The position numbers and the translations under genes are program-made. The notes beneath the pieces were generated by a model. The model saw only the letters and a list, made by a program, of their open reading frames with translations. It was not told where the DNA came from and made no database searches. Positions 42,369-52,259 of a DNA stretch of 64,000 bases are shown here, one piece after another. The stretch covers positions 2,784,001 to 2,848,000 of the forward strand of contig OY761158.1 of the NCBI GenBank assembly GCA_963664405.1, read 5' to 3'. Source of the DNA: Thermoanaerobaculia bacterium (lineage in GTDB: Bacteria; Acidobacteriota; Thermoanaerobaculia; Multivoradales; Multivoraceae). Position 1 is the first letter of the stretch; each line of letters begins with the position of its first letter.

Positions 42369-43403
42369 ATGAGTGACCTTTCCAAGACCATCAAATGCGC
42401 CTTTCTCCTGCTGGCTCTTTTCTTCGTTGCCGTCGGAGCGTCTTCTCAAGAGGTGGCCGCGAAGGCCCCCCGTGCTGTGCTCGTCCAAGCGATTCACGAC
42501 TTCGGAGAGGTTGTCTACGGTCATAAAGTGAGCCACGAGTTCAAGGTGCGAAACACCGGCAACGCCATGCTCGAGATAGCTCGAGTCAACTCGACCTGCA
42601 ACTGTACTGTTGTCGACTTCGACGCCAAGATCCCCCCCGGTGGGGAGGGGAAGATAAGCGTGGTCGTCAGCACGGAGACGCAGGGCGGGCCTTTCGCTGT
42701 GCTAATGACCGCCGTCACCAACGATCCGGATAGGCCCCGGATCGAGATGTCGCTAAAGGCGGAGATCAAGTACCGCATCAAGGCGAAGCCCGGCTACGTG
42801 CGCTATATCGTCGTTCAAGGTTTCGAGGGCGACAGTCTAGTCGCGCAGACGCTGTGGCCGGCGGACGGTAAACCGATATCGATCAAGCAGGTGGACTCTC
42901 CCTACGATTTTGTCGAGGCTACCTTTCGCGAGGCACGAGAGGAGGAGCGGGAGCCGGATATCAAGGGGCAGCAGTGGAGAATCGAGACCACCATCTCACC
43001 CGACGCGCCCGTGGGTCCCCTCACTGGGTTTCTCGACGTGCATATCGAGAACTCGGAACAGAAACTCGCCAGACTGCCACTGAGCGGGTTCGTTCGTCCG
43101 ATGATTGCGGTGACCCCTCCGACCGTCGACCTGGGTAGTTTCGAGGTCGCAGAAGATGGCTATCGGGCCAGCGTTTACGTCAAGTCTTTCACTACCGAAG
43201 AGATCGTCATCAGCGCGGCCGAGACTACAGTCGAAGGGATCGATGCGGAGATCCGAGAAGACGAGCCAGGGAGGACCTATTACGTCATCGTCAGGGTTAG
43301 CCCCGAGGCCGCCAAAGGCGACTTCAAGGGACTCATACGAATCAAGACAGAAAGTCCGAAGAAGCCCGTGGTCGAAGTGCCCTTGAAAGGGACAGTGCTC
43401 TAG
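42369..43403 (+). CDS. DUF1573 domain exported protein
   Basis: Signal peptide; HDFGEV..HEF..RNTG..L.I..V...CNCT..IPPG; TNDP. Confidence 0.88.
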   Translation: MSDLSKTIKCAFLLLALFFVAVGASSQEVAAKAPRAVLVQAIHDFGEVVYGHKVSHEFKVRNTGNAMLEIARVNSTCNCTVVDFDAKIPPGGEGKISVVVSTETQGGPFAVLMTAVTNDPDRPRIEMSLKAEIKYRIKAKPGYVRYIVVQGFEGDSLVAQTLWPADGKPISIKQVDSPYDFVEATFREAREEEREPDIKGQQWRIETTISPDAPVGPLTGFLDVHIENSEQKLARLPLSGFVRPMIAVTPPTVDLGSFEVAEDGYRASVYVKSFTTEEIVISAAETTVEGIDAEIREDEPGRTYYVIVRVSPEAAKGDFKGLIRIKTESPKKPVVEVPLKGTVL

Positions 43404-43443
43404 GAGCTCTGGCAGTGGGCGGTCCTGACCCTCGGTCGCCGCG

Positions 43444-44274
43444 TTACAACTTCTCCGGGTCTCCCCATAGATCGCCCTCGCTCTTGGGGCTGGCTGGCCG
43501 CCGCTCGCGCCGTTTCTCGACGCTGGCCACCTGTTCCAGAACGGGGGTGAGCACTTCTTGCTGCTTCTGATGGAGGATTCGAAGGCCGTCGAATGCGAGG
43601 TCGACGAGGGCATTGAGCTCCTCCCTCGAGAAGCTTCTCTCCTCGCCAGTGCCCTGAATCTCGACGACCTGCCCCGAGCCGGTGCCGACGATGTTCATAT
43701 CCACTTCGGCACTCGAGTCTTCGGCGTAGTCGAGGTCGAGCGAGGGGGCACCCTTGACCAGGCCTACCGAGATTGCCGCGAGGCTGTCCAGCATCGGCCA
43801 TCGGTCCAGATCACCGGCGGCGAGGGCCTGCGCGAGGGCTTGCACAACGGCGACGTAGCCGCAGCAGATCGAGGCTGTCCGTGTCCCGCCGTCAGCCTGT
43901 AGCACGTCGCAGTCGACAGTGACCGTGAGACCTGGCATGGCTCGCAGGTCCACGACAGCGCGCAGGCTGCGACCGATCAGACGTTGAATCTCCGAGGTCC
44001 TTCCCGAAGGCCGTCCTCGGGACACCTCGCGCTGCGAGCGGGTGTGGGTCGCGCGAGGCAGCATCGCGTACTCGGCGGTCAGCCAGCCTTTGCCGCTGTC
44101 CTCGAGAAAGCGGGGCACGCGCCGTTCTACGGATGCCGTAGCCAGCACTCGAGTGTCACCTACGTCGATGAGAGCCGAGCCCTCTGCGAACTTATTCACG
44201 CCGAGCTGAATGGAGACCGGCCGCAGCTGATCTAGCAGGCGGCCATTCGAGCGAGTGTGGTTCTTCATGGTCAT
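43444..44274 (-). CDS. rph: Ribonuclease PH
   Basis: [54 protein letters not shown]. Confidence 0.97.
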   Translation of the reverse strand: MTMKNHTRSNGRLLDQLRPVSIQLGVNKFAEGSALIDVGDTRVLATASVERRVPRFLEDSGKGWLTAEYAMLPRATHTRSQREVSRGRPSGRTSEIQRLIGRSLRAVVDLRAMPGLTVTVDCDVLQADGGTRTASICCGYVAVVQALAQALAAGDLDRWPMLDSLAAISVGLVKGAPSLDLDYAEDSSAEVDMNIVGTGSGQVVEIQGTGEERSFSREELNALVDLAFDGLRILHQKQQEVLTPVLEQVASVEKRRERRPASPKSEGDLWGDPEKL

Positions 44275-44342
44275 TTGGGTTCTTGCCTCTCTCCGGTCGC
44301 ATCGGGGGTTGCCCCATGGTCTCAACAATGATCCGTCCGAGC

Positions 44343-44939
44343 TCAGGACGAGACGAGCCGGCGGTCGGGTCTTAGGGGACGCGAGGTGTCGATGTGGCCA
44401 CCGAAAGTGGGCGGCTGGCGGCCGTTCCACAGAATCACAACGGACCCAATTGTCTGCACATTCTCCACTAAGGTGTGGACGACGCTGTAAAGAGTCAGCA
44501 TCTCGGTGGTTGAGCCCGTTACCGGCGGCGTCGCATGCTCCGAGGATCGAAGGTCGACGAAAGCAACGCCTTCCTCGGTGAGATGGAAACTGCCGAGAGT
44601 GACGTCAGCCGGCAGCCCGGCAGGCAGCAGCCCAGATTGAGGGCCGGCGAGCAGCTCGTTGACCAAGAGGGTCCCCAATGCCCGAGGATCTTCGACCTCT
44701 GGGAGCAACCGCGGCTCGGGATATAGCTTGCTCTCTTCCCCTGGAAAGTAGAGCACGACGCGGGCTGTAGCAGCGGACTCGGCCAGCTTATCGATCTCCT
44801 GAGCTGGGTCAGGCTGTAGCGTCGACTCAGCCTCTCTTTCCTCCTGCCGCGCAGGCGGGCGGGGGCTGCGAAGCAGAAGAGCAGAGGTGATGAGGATTGC
44901 GGCGGCGATGACGAGGGTCAGGGCTAGACGACGATTCAT
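44343..44939 (-). CDS. GerMN domain protein
   Basis: TM anchor; LYFP, ELLAGP, AFVDL, GS..E...YSVVHTL, GHID. Confidence 0.9.
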   Translation of the reverse strand: MNRRLALTLVIAAAILITSALLLRSPRPPARQEEREAESTLQPDPAQEIDKLAESAATARVVLYFPGEESKLYPEPRLLPEVEDPRALGTLLVNELLAGPQSGLLPAGLPADVTLGSFHLTEEGVAFVDLRSSEHATPPVTGSTTEMLTLYSVVHTLVENVQTIGSVVILWNGRQPPTFGGHIDTSRPLRPDRRLVSS

Positions 44940-46480
44940 GGTCTTCCCACTGCCGCCTGTCGGTCGTCTTGCTCGAGCAGCGCATTGAAGCGGACTACCG
45001 CCTTCACCACCGCGTCGACGAGTTGGGCTCGGTAGGCAGGGTCGAGGAGCTCAGCCTCCTCGTCTGGGTTGGTGATGAAGCCGAGCTCGAGAAGAACCGC
45101 CGGCATGGTTGCGCCAACGAGCACCGCAAAAGGGGCCTGACGGACCCCACGATTGGTCAGGCCGAGCGTCTGACTCAGCTCGTATTGGATGAGGCTTCCG
45201 AGTTGCTGGCTGGCGGCAAGGTGCTGGCTCTGAGCAAGGTCCCAGAGGAGCAGCTGAAGACCCTCGTCGGGAGCTTCGCTGACCTCGTTGTCACCGCTCT
45301 CGTTCTCGGCTGCGGCGATCTCGAGAGCTCGTTCGTCGCTGGCGTCGACACTGAGGAAGTAGGTTTCCGCTCCATGAGCGCTGCGATCGGGAGACGCGTT
45401 GAGGTGGAGCGAGATGAAGAGATTGGCTTGATTCTGGTTGGCGAGGGCGGTGCGAGTCGCGAGCGGAAGATCGGCATCGTCATTGCGAGTGAGCACTACG
45501 TTCACTGCGAGTCGCTCCTCTAGCTTGCGCTTGAGGGCCTTTGCCAAGATGAGGGTCAACGCCTTCTCCTCACTACCCGCGGGGCCCAATGCGCCCTGCT
45601 CCACGCCGCCGTGACCGGGATCCAAAACCACGGTTCGCAGCGCCCCTCCGCTCGGCTCACCCTGGCCGGGAGGTGGGCGATCGGTCAAGGTGCCTGCGGT
45701 GTTGAAGGTGCCGGAGAGCGAGAGGTCGAGTACCAGTCGTAGGCCACGACTCGAGGTAGCTCCTGGAGATCGAGCCAGAACATAGGGCTCGGCAGCGGCT
45801 GCGCCGGGCTCGAGTTGGAGACGGATGCTATGTTCGTCGACCTTGACGCTCCGTAGCAGAGAGCGACTAGGATGGGGTCTTCCTTGGATCAATTGGAGGC
45901 GATCGATAGGGATCTCGATATCGACGATTTGCCCCTTGTCATTGACCGTATAGCTTGGCGTCTGGTCGAACTGAAGCACGACAGTCGTGATGCCTTGGAT
46001 GTGCACCACTTGGACTTCGACGTTGATCTCGCGAGGGCGTTGGCGGCCAACGCTGAGCTGGCGGAGCGAGCTGTCCCAGCGCAGCTCCAGACCGAGAAGA
46101 TCGCCGTAACTCTTCTTCAGAGCGTCGAGGGGAACTCGCACTCCATTTTCGGTGAGGACCGGTACCTGCGACAGCACTATGATTTCGCGCCCTACGGTCA
46201 TCGCGCCCGCCCCCGGCCCGAGTAGGACCGCGGTGTCCGCGATGAGAAGTCGATGACTCTCATTGAGGGGCCCGACTTGGAGCTGGCCGCCGAGCCGATC
46301 GACGATCGGCTGAAGAAGGAAGAGAGGTCCTGAGAGGCCGGGCGAGAACGCGATCGGGACCTGCTCGTTCCCGATCAACAGGGTGGCGCCAAACGACGGA
46401 AGCTCGGCCACGGAGGGCGGCTGGGCATTCGAGCAGAGGGCGAAGGAGGTGACCGCGAGGGTCAGAAGGAGGGCTCTCAC
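44936..46480 (-). CDS. N-acetylmuramoyl-L-alanine amidase (Amidase_3)
   Basis: VVLDPGHGG, EK..L, TR..D, FISLH.NAS, GAETY, MPAVLLELGFITN. Confidence 0.93.
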   Translation of the reverse strand: MRALLLTLAVTSFALCSNAQPPSVAELPSFGATLLIGNEQVPIAFSPGLSGPLFLLQPIVDRLGGQLQVGPLNESHRLLIADTAVLLGPGAGAMTVGREIIVLSQVPVLTENGVRVPLDALKKSYGDLLGLELRWDSSLRQLSVGRQRPREINVEVQVVHIQGITTVVLQFDQTPSYTVNDKGQIVDIEIPIDRLQLIQGRPHPSRSLLRSVKVDEHSIRLQLEPGAAAAEPYVLARSPGATSSRGLRLVLDLSLSGTFNTAGTLTDRPPPGQGEPSGGALRTVVLDPGHGGVEQGALGPAGSEEKALTLILAKALKRKLEERLAVNVVLTRNDDADLPLATRTALANQNQANLFISLHLNASPDRSAHGAETYFLSVDASDERALEIAAAENESGDNEVSEAPDEGLQLLLWDLAQSQHLAASQQLGSLIQYELSQTLGLTNRGVRQAPFAVLVGATMPAVLLELGFITNPDEEAELLDPAYRAQLVDAVVKAVVRFNALLEQDDRQAAVGRP

Positions 46481-46538
46481 CGCAGGGTAGAATATCATCG
46501 CTCACCCACTGCCTGTGGTCTATGCTGCGTTTCAGATC

Positions 46539-48098
46539 ATGCAGAGGTCGGCTAATGGACTAGCGATCATCGCGCTTTCGCTGATTCTCGGCGTCGTATA
46601 CCTGTCGACGTTGCTCTCGGGGGTGGGGACCGGAGACATCGCTGAGATCCAGGCGATGAGTCCGCAGCTTGGTGTATGCCACGTTCCGGGCTACGCGATC
46701 GAAGTCAGTTTCGGCAGGGTGTTCAGCCTGCTGCCACTCGGGCACGACATCGCGTGGCGCCTCAACCTGATGATGGCCGTCTGCGGCGTTCTGGGGTGTC
46801 TGGCTCTCTACGGGGCGGTCCGGCGTGTGTCAGGTCGCATTCTTCCCGGCGTTGTCGCGGCGACACTGCTCGGTTTCAGCAGCATTTATTGGAGCTTCTC
46901 CGTAGCCGCCGAGGCCTACGTCTTTCACGGCATGTTCCTGCTCCTAGCCGTCTATACGACCGTGCGATTTTCGTTCTCGGATAGGCCCTTCTGGCTCTAC
47001 ACGACGGCGCTCTCTCTTGGCATCTGTGTCGGAGGACGACCCTCAGAGCTTTTTGTCCTGATCGGTTTCTTTGCGGCGATCGTCGGGTCGCGTACTAGGA
47101 GCGTCCTCGAGCCACGACGGATCGTCGCGTGCGTTGCCCTGTTCGTGCTGCCGTTTCTCTACTCGGTTGCCTTTCACCTGGCTCGCTACGACACGGCGTA
47201 TCCACACGCGCGTGACTACACTTTCGCCGAGCGGGTCGAGGGCAATCGATGGGAGGAAGAGTGGCTCGAGTCGAGCAGCATCCTCGACGCGGTCAAGTAC
47301 ACCCTGGGCTGGTCTTGGGCGGAAGAGGCGGCCGCGGACGACAACCTGAAGCATCTTGGCATCGGGGTGTCTCGCTACGCCAGGCTTCTCAGTGGAGCGG
47401 CGATCATTGCGGGGGACCGGCCGCCATCGACCCTGGTCGCGCAGGAGCGAGGCTTTGGCACCAGTCTGGGCTTGCCTGGAGTGCTTCTCGCTCTGGCCGG
47501 CGTGGGCTTCTTTCGAGGGCGCCGAAAGTGGGTGCTCCTGGGCCTCGGGCTCTTCCTGGGTAATCTGATCTTCTATCTATGGCATGTGCGCTGGGATGGA
47601 ATGACCTTCACCGTGCCGGGACTTGCCGGTCTGGCGTTCTTGGCAGGCCTGGGCGCGGCAGGTCCGGCAGGCGCGCAGCCGCGTCGTAGCTGGGCGCGGG
47701 CCGGCGTCGCGATCGGACTCTCGATGTCTGCAGTACTGCTTGCGACCAACTATCGACTGGTCGATCGCTCGGACCGGGGCGAGGTGCCGTTTTGGAGGGA
47801 CCGTGTGCCGGGCGAGAAGGCCCGGTACTTCCCCCGCGACAGCATCCTGATCCTGACTTACTGGCAGTCTACGACTTATCGCTATGCTCTTCACGTCGAG
47901 GCCGAGCGGTCCGACATCGTGATTGGCATCTACGACGAGAGTGACAACGACCAGTTTCTAGCCAAGGTTCGAGAGCTCGACCGACCGACCTTCATCTACA
48001 GTCCTTCCATCGAGAGTGGCGAAACGCCGCCAGAGCTCGCTCGTTACGGACTCGTGATGGTCCATGCGGGCGGGGGGGCTGACGGCCTGCCCTTTTGA
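46539..48098 (+). CDS. DUF2723/TMEM260-like membrane glycosyltransferase (GT-C)
   Basis: GDIAE..LGVCHVPGY, AWRLNL, WSFSVAAEAY; many TM helices. Confidence 0.8.
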   Translation: MQRSANGLAIIALSLILGVVYLSTLLSGVGTGDIAEIQAMSPQLGVCHVPGYAIEVSFGRVFSLLPLGHDIAWRLNLMMAVCGVLGCLALYGAVRRVSGRILPGVVAATLLGFSSIYWSFSVAAEAYVFHGMFLLLAVYTTVRFSFSDRPFWLYTTALSLGICVGGRPSELFVLIGFFAAIVGSRTRSVLEPRRIVACVALFVLPFLYSVAFHLARYDTAYPHARDYTFAERVEGNRWEEEWLESSSILDAVKYTLGWSWAEEAAADDNLKHLGIGVSRYARLLSGAAIIAGDRPPSTLVAQERGFGTSLGLPGVLLALAGVGFFRGRRKWVLLGLGLFLGNLIFYLWHVRWDGMTFTVPGLAGLAFLAGLGAAGPAGAQPRRSWARAGVAIGLSMSAVLLATNYRLVDRSDRGEVPFWRDRVPGEKARYFPRDSILILTYWQSTTYRYALHVEAERSDIVIGIYDESDNDQFLAKVRELDRPTFIYSPSIESGETPPELARYGLVMVHAGGGADGLPF

Positions 48099-48131
48099 CC
48101 GGCGCTCTCTAGCGGCGTATTCTCGACGGGC

Positions 48132-48785
48132 TTGTTGACCAGTCTTCTCCTCCCAGTGTCCAGTCTCACGGCCAACTTTGCACCAGAGACTCCGTTCGGG
48201 CGTCGCGTCTATCGCCTCACCTTCGTCGTGGGAGTGGTGGTGTTCGTCGGGCTGGCGCTTGCTGGAATTGCCTACTCGCTCCTTTTCGATCACCGACCGC
48301 CGGACCTTTCGACGAACTATTTGGCCCGTCACTTCCTTGCTCTCGCGGAACAGGAGGACCACGCCGCCCTCAGCGCCGAGCTGCGGATCACCGCCGAGAT
48401 CGATCCACAGCCCCAGATGCTTGAGAATTTGGCTCGTGCGGCGGCCCGGGCGAACGATCAGGAGAGCCTTCGCTTTGCGCTGACGCGTCTGATCGAAAGT
48501 GGCATGGCGACAGACGCCGGCTCGTATCTCGGGCTTGCTACCCTCCTTCTTCGGCAGCCGGATCTAAAGGTGGGAGACGCGACGAGCGCCGTCTCGTATC
48601 TCCAAGAGTCGCTGCGACTCGATCCGGACCAGGCGGTCGCAAACAACAACCTCGGGACAGCCTTTTTGCTGGTCGGCCAGCCAGATCAGGCTGCCGCGGC
48701 CTTTCGCCGTGCGCTCGAGCTGGATCCCGGCCTCGAGAGCGCCAAGACTGGGCTCGACCTAGCGACTGGAACGACGGCCCCATGA
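48132..48785 (+). CDS. Membrane-anchored TPR protein
   Basis: One TM; TPRs SLRLDPDQAVANNNLG, FRRALELDP. Confidence 0.8.
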   Translation: MLTSLLLPVSSLTANFAPETPFGRRVYRLTFVVGVVVFVGLALAGIAYSLLFDHRPPDLSTNYLARHFLALAEQEDHAALSAELRITAEIDPQPQMLENLARAAARANDQESLRFALTRLIESGMATDAGSYLGLATLLLRQPDLKVGDATSAVSYLQESLRLDPDQAVANNNLGTAFLLVGQPDQAAAAFRRALELDPGLESAKTGLDLATGTTAP

Positions 48786-49867
48786 GTCGCCGTTCGGACA
48801 CTGCCGCACCTGAGCGGAGTATTCAGCAGGGCCTCGTTGGGCGTCTCTTCGTTCACCCTCTGTTCGACTATCTGCTGATCGGGGGCGGCTTGAGCCTCAT
48901 GACTCTTCCGATCGTGGCGGGGTGGACTGGCGGCCAGAACGTCTTTGCCGAGACAAGCCTTCCCTACATCCTCTTTGCCAGCACGATGGCTCACTTCGCG
49001 TCGTCTACCGTCAGGCTCTACACCAAGCCGCAAGCGACGGCTTCGTGGCCCTTTCTGACGATGGTCTTTCCCTTGCTGGCCCTTGCTGTGTTGACTCTCT
49101 GCATTTCGCAGCCCCAGCGTCTGGGCGCTCATCTGCAAGGCCTTTATCTGACCTGGTCTCCCTATCACTACGCGGCTCAGGCCTACGGCCTTACGGTGAT
49201 GTATTGCTATCGCTCCGGATGCCTCTTGCCGGCAGCCGACAAGAAGCTCCTCTGGTGGGTGAGCATGCTCCCCTTCTTTTTCTCTTTTCTGTTTTCGACC
49301 TATAGTGGGGCCCGCTGGCTCCTACCTGCCGCCGTCTTTTCCAACCCCGTCGTCGAGGCCGGCCTTGCAGCAATCCGGCCCGTTCTGAGTGTCCTTGTTT
49401 TTCTGGGGCCGGTGGCGGTCTTCTTCAAGGTCTGGCGAAGCGCCCCTGCAGTGATGCCACTGATCGGCCCTCTCATGCTCATTGCCAACGGCATCTGGTG
49501 GCTGCTGCTGAGTTTCGACGCCTTCGTCTGGGCGACCGTGTTTCACGGGCTGCAATATCTCGCGATTGTCGTCATCTTTCACCTCAAGGATCAACGCGAC
49601 CTCCCCGGCAACCATCATGGAACCGCCTTTCACGTGGTCAAATTTTACGGGCTCTGCCTGCTCTTGGGCTATGGCTTGTTCAAGTGCTTGCCTTTGGCGT
49701 ACGTCTGGGCGGGCTTCGGCTTCGGCGAGAGTCTGCTGCTGGTGACTGCGGCGATCAATCTCCACCACTTCATCGTCGACGCCTATATCTGGCGGCTCAA
49801 GAAGAGCGACCCGAATCGAAGGATTGTCGACGAGGGACTGGGACTAGGAGACGGTCAGACGGTCTGA
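48782..49867 (+). CDS. His-motif polytopic membrane protein
   Basis: About 9-10 TM; AHF, WSPYHYAAQAYG, FHGLQY, HHFIVDAYIWR. Confidence 0.75.
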   Translation: MSRRSDTAAPERSIQQGLVGRLFVHPLFDYLLIGGGLSLMTLPIVAGWTGGQNVFAETSLPYILFASTMAHFASSTVRLYTKPQATASWPFLTMVFPLLALAVLTLCISQPQRLGAHLQGLYLTWSPYHYAAQAYGLTVMYCYRSGCLLPAADKKLLWWVSMLPFFFSFLFSTYSGARWLLPAAVFSNPVVEAGLAAIRPVLSVLVFLGPVAVFFKVWRSAPAVMPLIGPLMLIANGIWWLLLSFDAFVWATVFHGLQYLAIVVIFHLKDQRDLPGNHHGTAFHVVKFYGLCLLLGYGLFKCLPLAYVWAGFGFGESLLLVTAAINLHHFIVDAYIWRLKKSDPNRRIVDEGLGLGDGQTV

Positions 49868-50485
49868 ACCGATGTTGGCGAGGACCTCCGCCGCGTTTCG
49901 GACGGCCAGCTCCAAGTCGAAGACGCCACCTTCCCTCGGGCCGCAGTAGTTCGATATCCCTCGGAGCTCGATGAAACGAACCCCGTGCCGCGCGGCTGCG
50001 ATCGCGACCGCGGCTCCCTCCATCCCTTCGGCAGCCGCTCCCATGGCAGCGCGCTCCAGCGCCAGGCGAGTCGAGCCGGCGCACACGCTCACCGTTGCTA
50101 GGCGACCGAGATGAATCGAAAAGCCCTCGCTCGGCGTGCACCCGAGGCAGCGCGCCAGCTCCGAATCGGTGGCTAGCCAAGAGGCGCCTGGCACTTCCAT
50201 GCCGGGCTTGTGGAATGGCACAAAGTGAGCGCCGTCGTCGAGTCCCTCGTCGACCACCGCGGTCTCGGTGGCGATGATGACGTCTCCGATATGCATGCCG
50301 CTCTCGGGATAGGCGCCTGCCACGCCGAAAGAGATGACGGCATCGACGCCTCCGCTTGCGAGACGAAGCGCGGTCGAGGTGGCTGCGCCGGTCTTGCCGA
50401 CACCGCAGACGAGGACCTCGATGTCATGCCGATCGGGGCGCTCTGCTTCGGTCGCGACCACTACTAGAATCGTTCCGGCTGCCAT
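49844..50485 (-). CDS. mqnB: Futalosine hydrolase (PNP/UDP family)
   Basis: VVATEAE, GVG, GVAGAY, TVS...G, EGMEGAAVA, ELRGISN..GPR. Confidence 0.8.
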   Translation of the reverse strand: MAAGTILVVVATEAERPDRHDIEVLVCGVGKTGAATSTALRLASGGVDAVISFGVAGAYPESGMHIGDVIIATETAVVDEGLDDGAHFVPFHKPGMEVPGASWLATDSELARCLGCTPSEGFSIHLGRLATVSVCAGSTRLALERAAMGAAAEGMEGAAVAIAAARHGVRFIELRGISNYCGPREGGVFDLELAVRNAAEVLANIGSDRLTVS

Positions 50486-50845
50486 GCTCGAATCTTCGCC
50501 CATTCCCGCTTCCCGGCGCCATGTTATCCAGCAGAGTCGCAAATCGTGAGGGTTCTGGGTTAAACTGCGGCTGACAGCTGGGATTTCACGTCGCCTGAAA
50601 CGCGCCGTCCCTAAGTAGAACGGCGTTTTTGGCTCGGCCCGGTATCCCGCCACGAAGAAAGGCTCGCTCACGACAGCTTGGTCGTGCGGGCACACCCACC
50701 AGGAAATCGACCACAAACTTAGCTCACACTAGTGTCCGGCCTCCTTTGGCCGGACCTTCGAGATGCCGCGATCGTTGCGGCCCTGTCTTTTCCACGCGTC
50801 CGGCGGGTTGAGATTTGGAAACCCCCGGACCTGGAGAAGAAGATA

Positions 50846-52171
50846 ATGAAAGAACATGCGAGTGCGCTACGCGCACGCCCCGACAATTCCGTCCCTCAAT
50901 CGAAGGACCTGCTTCCGCAGGGCGCCTTTAGCGAGCTGATCCCCGAGCTGCAACAGGCCGTCGCAGCCGAGGGCTACCTGACGCCCACGCCGATCCAGGA
51001 GCAGTGCATTCCGCACTTGTTGGATGGCCGGGATCTACTCGGCTGCGCCCAGACTGGAACCGGCAAGACCGCCGCTTTTACCCTGCCACTACTTCAAGGC
51101 TTCGCGGGCGATAACCGTCGCCCGCGCAAGGGGACCCCTCGAGCTCTGATTCTGGCCCCCACCCGCGAGCTCGCGGCGCAGATCGGGCAGAGCATCCGGA
51201 CCTACGGGCGCTTTCTGCGTCTCAGCCACACTGTGATCTTCGGTGGTGTCAACCAATTCCAACAGGTCAAGGCTCTGCGCAACGGAGTCGACATCCTCGT
51301 CGCCACTCCTGGGCGGTTGCTTGATCTGATGGAGCAAGGTTTCGTCCACCTCAGCGAGGTGGAGGTCTTCATTCTCGACGAGGCCGACCGGATGCTCGAT
51401 ATGGGCTTCGTTCCCGACGTAAGAAGGGTGTTGGCGAAGCTTCCCGTCGATCGCCAGACTCTCTTCTGCTCGGCGACGATGCCCCCCAGAGTCATGGAGC
51501 TCGCTCGCACCATGGTCCGCAATCCGGTGCGCGTGACGATTACGCCCGACCAGCCGGCAGTGGAGCGAATTAGCCAGAGAGTGCTCTTTGTCGGGAAGAG
51601 GGACAAGGATGCCTTATTGGTCTCGCTCTTGAGCGACCCGGGGATCGAGAAGGCGATCGTTTTCACTCAGATGAAGCATGCCGCCAACAAGGTGGTCGAC
51701 AAACTGCTGGCCGCCGGTATTGCGGGCGCCGCCATCCACGGCAACAAGAGCCAGCCGGCTCGCACCAAAGCCCTCGACGGCTTCAAGCAGGGGCGCTTCC
51801 GGGTACTGGTCGCCACCGACGTTGCTGCGCGCGGCCTGGATGTCGATGACATTACCCACGTCATCAACTATGACCTTCCTGTCGAGCCGGAGACCTACGT
51901 GCATCGGATCGGGCGCACCGCCAGAGCGGGTGCCAGCGGTGCCGCAATCTCGTTCTGTTGCGCCGAGGAGCGTGCGTATCTGCGAGCTATCGAGCGTCTT
52001 CTGGGCGAGCCAGTGCCTGCCGATCAGGAGCACCCCTACCATTCTGACGATGCGTTGCGGTCCACTCAGCCGGCACCGAGAAACTTCGGCCGCGGCGGAA
52101 GTCGCGGCAGCTCGCACGCACGTCCTCAGGGTAACCCTGCCCTCCACCGACGCAGGAACCGCAGACGCTAG
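50846..52171 (+). CDS. rhlE: DEAD-box RNA helicase (RhlE-like)
   Basis: PTPIQ, AQTGTGKT, PTREL, TPGRLLD, DEAD, SAT, HGNKSQ, ARGLD, HRIGRTARAG. Confidence 0.9.
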   Translation: MKEHASALRARPDNSVPQSKDLLPQGAFSELIPELQQAVAAEGYLTPTPIQEQCIPHLLDGRDLLGCAQTGTGKTAAFTLPLLQGFAGDNRRPRKGTPRALILAPTRELAAQIGQSIRTYGRFLRLSHTVIFGGVNQFQQVKALRNGVDILVATPGRLLDLMEQGFVHLSEVEVFILDEADRMLDMGFVPDVRRVLAKLPVDRQTLFCSATMPPRVMELARTMVRNPVRVTITPDQPAVERISQRVLFVGKRDKDALLVSLLSDPGIEKAIVFTQMKHAANKVVDKLLAAGIAGAAIHGNKSQPARTKALDGFKQGRFRVLVATDVAARGLDVDDITHVINYDLPVEPETYVHRIGRTARAGASGAAISFCCAEERAYLRAIERLLGEPVPADQEHPYHSDDALRSTQPAPRNFGRGGSRGSSHARPQGNPALHRRRNRRR

Positions 52172-52259
52172 ACGGGAGCCAAGCCCGACAGAATCGGACG
52201 CGGTCCATTCGAATCCTTGAGGCGATCTGACGCCGGGTGTAGGATCCGAGGGTGCTCTT

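Noticed and set aside
50520-50630. SAM-I-like riboswitch (TTATCCAG..GAGGG) and hairpin between mqnB and rhlE
   Set aside because: Lacks the GCAACC/P3 and closing GAT elements; only a short GC hairpin with a T run is visible.
52190-52225. tRNA-like TTCGAATCC
   Set aside because: No T-stem or cloverleaf around it.
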